Below, one piece after another: positions 47,031 through 49,516 of a DNA stretch of 49,516 bases; position 1 is the first letter of the stretch, and each line of letters starts with the position of its first letter. The translations under genes were made by a program, and so were the position numbers. The notes beneath the pieces are model-generated. The model had not been told where the DNA came from. It saw nothing but the letters and a program-made list of their open reading frames with translations, and did no database searches. The stretch is taken from contig JAEMRK010000004.1 of NCBI GenBank assembly GCA_016463375.1, forward strand, positions 12,797 through 62,312, read 5' to 3'. Origin of the DNA: Parachlamydiales bacterium. GTDB lineage: Bacteria > Chlamydiota > Chlamydiia > Chlamydiales > JAEMRK01.

Positions 47031-47924
47031 TTACATAAAAGGAATATCTTCAAAATGGAATTTTATTTTGTCGAAAAAATATGAGTAATAAAAAAGCTCA
47101 ATCCTAAAACTTACCTCTTCAATTGTACTATCTTTTAATTCTTTGAAGTAATTTTTAGTTTTCTTCAGAAAAAACTGAATATCATGTTCATCTTCAAAAT
47201 ATATTCCATCTTTTGTAAAACTGTCTGTTTCACGACCATCGTCATTAATTATACCAGATGCATAACCCTTATGAAGAAAAAGTAAGTGCAATCCGATTAA
47301 ATCTAAATCTTTTAAATCTAGTAAATTTGCAAAAGATTTTTGGTAATAATTTTGATAAATAGGACTAGTGTAAGTTAAACCAAATCCATTCCATTCAAAG
47401 CGATTCCATGCATAATTTTCGTGATAAAGTTTTGGTGATGCAACAATCTTTAAAGGAATTTGAGTTGCTTTATGTTTAAAATTTAATACCACAAAACCTA
47501 AATTTTCGTGTGTATAACCCCAACCGATATCTGACTTGAATTTTTGGATTTTACCTAAATAATCAAACTTTAAAAAACTTTCAGCTCCTCCAAGATTTTT
47601 TACAACCGTATCATAAAATGGTCCTGGAAAAGCAAAACCAAGCTCGATACTTAATTTATCTACGTTAACAAAGTTTTCCTTAGAAAAAATTTTCTCAAAA
47701 GGAAAGCTACTTTTTAACTCTTTAGTTCTCGAATACAATGATTTTAAAAATAACCGCCATAACCTGTTATCATTGACAACAATCGAAAACTTTTTACATA
47801 GATGCGCTAATCTTTTAGACTCAATTGGAAGCAGAAAACTGAAGACCTCAATTAATATCTCTTTTGGAAATTCTGACAATGTATAAGTCTTTAAAGAGCA
47901 GTTACAATTTGCTACACCATTCAT
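47031..47924 (-). CDS. F-box domain protein (candidate secreted effector)
   Basis: LSEFPKEILIEVFSFL...KRLAHLCKKF..VVND..LWR at the N-terminus. Confidence 0.85.
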   Translation of the reverse strand: MNGVANCNCSLKTYTLSEFPKEILIEVFSFLLPIESKRLAHLCKKFSIVVNDNRLWRLFLKSLYSRTKELKSSFPFEKIFSKENFVNVDKLSIELGFAFPGPFYDTVVKNLGGAESFLKFDYLGKIQKFKSDIGWGYTHENLGFVVLNFKHKATQIPLKIVASPKLYHENYAWNRFEWNGFGLTYTSPIYQNYYQKSFANLLDLKDLDLIGLHLLFLHKGYASGIINDDGRETDSFTKDGIYFEDEHDIQFFLKKTKNYFKELKDSTIEEVSFRIELFYYSYFFDKIKFHFEDIPFM

Positions 47925-48101
47925 AAAAAACGCATTATTATTTTGTCTTAGTCAAGGCTATTAAATTTTCTCTCACTACTTAAGAATAATTTTATTAGTT
48001 AAGTAGTAAGTTTGAGACCAATCTCATTTTTTTAAAAAATTTGTTTATTTTATTTTCAAAAAATTCTACAAAAGCAAAGTTTTTATTAAACTTTCTGGTC
48101 A

Positions 48102-48947
48102 ATGCACAGCGTTAAATTTGTTTTTCTGTCACTTCTGTTTTCTTGTACGCTTTTTTCTTGTACCGAAAAAAATACTAGTGAACTCATTCCTTTGAATTAC
48201 TCTACATTAGAACTTAAACATGTTTTTGGAAAAGGTATAGGCTATTCTTGCGGTTATACGTCTTTAGTCAATACAAATTATGTTATAAAAAGCTTAAATA
48301 CTTACATTGTAGATTTAAGAAGTCATGTTTTTGATGATGATTCTACAGCTTTCAATGTAGGATTAGCATACAGACATTTTTTTCCAACCAGTGAAATCGA
48401 AATAGGCTTAAACACCTATTTTGATGGACTTCGTCCAGCTGACAGTGGTTTTATTGGGCAAGTTGGTCTAGGGTTCGAATTTTTTCACCCTTTATCAAAT
48501 GTCAATCTCAATATTTACTTACCAACTAAAGATGAAGTAAAAACTTTTGACATCTCGTACGATAACTATTTTGGATTTTTTTGGATTTACCATGAGCATA
48601 CAAATATAAGCTTCAAATGTTTTGATGTAGATGCTTGTTTTTACAGGCAGAATTTCAAATATGCAACTCTCACAACGTCTGCAGGTTTTTATTATATATA
48701 TAACCGAGTAGATGAACCGACATGGGGATCTCAATATAATTCCACATTAAAGTTTTATAAATGGGCAACGTTATCTCTAATGTTCACGAATGATAATATT
48801 TTTGATTCACGCTTCCAAGTTCAAATTAGTTTTGAAATTCCATTATACACGCCTAATAAACGAAAAAACCGTTTAGATATTGAACCAGTGCAACGTCACG
48901 AAATTCTCGCAATACAAAACCATCCATTCTGGGATTGGAGTTACTAG
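48102..48947 (+). CDS. Inverse-autotransporter beta-domain protein without passenger
   Basis: Possible lipobox LFSC; DLR.H.FDD...FNVGL.YR, G.N.YFD, QVGLG.E, N.NIYLP, D..F; terminal PV.R.EI motif followed by only ~14 aa. Confidence 0.75.
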   Translation: MHSVKFVFLSLLFSCTLFSCTEKNTSELIPLNYSTLELKHVFGKGIGYSCGYTSLVNTNYVIKSLNTYIVDLRSHVFDDDSTAFNVGLAYRHFFPTSEIEIGLNTYFDGLRPADSGFIGQVGLGFEFFHPLSNVNLNIYLPTKDEVKTFDISYDNYFGFFWIYHEHTNISFKCFDVDACFYRQNFKYATLTTSAGFYYIYNRVDEPTWGSQYNSTLKFYKWATLSLMFTNDNIFDSRFQVQISFEIPLYTPNKRKNRLDIEPVQRHEILAIQNHPFWDWSY

Positions 48948-48967
48948 CACTTTGGAGATTATTCTTT

Positions 48968-49516
48968 ATGAAAATTTACAAACAACTACCTGTATATTGT
49001 CTTGCATGCCTTTCATTACTATTTATAAGTGCTCAACATAAATGTAAATGGCCTCCACCTCTGCAAGGTCCTCCAGGTGAAAAAGGTGACCCTGGAGAAC
49101 CAGGCCCTAAAGGTGAAGATGGTGCTATGGGACCACAAGGACCTAAGGGCGACACTGGTGATATAGGGCCACAGGGCCCACAGGGTCCCCAAGGTTTACA
49201 AGGCCCTCAAGGTCCCTCTAACGGAATAGTTGGCCCGCAAGGTGTTAAAGGTGATACTGGTTTACAAGGTATCCAAGGCCCAATCGGTTTAACTGGCGCC
49301 TCTGGCCCTCAAGGTATTCAGGGACTAAAAGGAGATACAGGTGATACTGGACCCCAAGGATTGATGGGCCCTTGCGGAGCTAATGGCCCATCGGGTCCAA
49401 TTGGTTTAACTGGTCCTATTGGTTCGCAAGGTCCTCAAGGAGCTGTAGGACCAATTGGTTTAACAGGTTCTATGGGTCCTCAAGGGTTAACAGGTCCAGC
49501 CGGGCCTACAGGTTCT
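48968..49516 (+). CDS. Collagen-like protein (Gly-X-Y repeats), 3' end beyond window
   Basis: Not in the ORF track. GGAG RBS, ATG 48968, signal-like [22 protein letters not shown], then 17 G-X-Y triplets, one extra Asn, and 32 more triplets to the window edge. Confidence 0.93.
   Translation, partial: MKIYKQLPVYCLACLSLLFISAQHKCKWPPPLQGPPGEKGDPGEPGPKGEDGAMGPQGPKGDTGDIGPQGPQGPQGLQGPQGPSNGIVGPQGVKGDTGLQGIQGPIGLTGASGPQGIQGLKGDTGDTGPQGLMGPCGANGPSGPIGLTGPIGSQGPQGAVGPIGLTGSMGPQGLTGPAGPTGS

Noticed and set aside
1748-48734. Many 60-155-aa ORFs overlapping recognised genes (e.g. 24703..25170, 33448..33915, 10048..10353, 12554..12889, 22627..22926, 35544..35792)
   Set aside because: Antisense or alternate-frame shadows of well-supported CDSs with no motifs of their own.
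49060-49516. GC-richer repetitive DNA at the window end as CRISPR, VNTR or foreign DNA
   Set aside because: Fully explained by Gly-Pro-rich collagen codons with 9-nt periodicity; no constant repeat-spacer structure.

Overview
AT-rich, gene-dense bacterial chromosomal segment. Gene content and order point to an environmental member of Chlamydiota: psd/mnmE/nth, ruvC-ruvA, a eukaryote-type UDP-sugar pyrophosphorylase next to gpsA, mcsA-mcsB, a gene-gspD-gspE block, a DASS transporter and an F-box protein. The assignment rests on recalled synteny and motifs, not a search. Housekeeping and envelope genes are a nucleotide-sugar/LPS cluster (ugd, galE, glf, UDP-GlcA epimerase, two peroxiredoxins, GT2, GT4), waaF, mutY, nth, ruvAC, mnmE, psd, gpsA and nnr. 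Two edge-truncated genes are missing from the ORF track: a >526-aa minus-strand protein with a degenerate kinase-like motif (<1..1580) and a collagen-like protein (48968..>49516). The most unusual items are: (1) a two-partner secretion pair whose TpsB has an extra POTRA copy on a ~320-aa P/N/Q-rich tether and whose TpsA has ~10 propeller-like repeats inserted in the beta-helix; (2) a passenger-less inverse-autotransporter barrel directly followed by a signal-peptide-bearing collagen gene, possibly a split secretion system; (3) a catalytically degenerate McsB; (4) a T2SS block lacking gspF, with a candidate multi-repeat GspC; (5) symmetric back-to-back promoters around a 16-bp palindrome. No rRNA, tRNA, CRISPR array or IS element was recognised.
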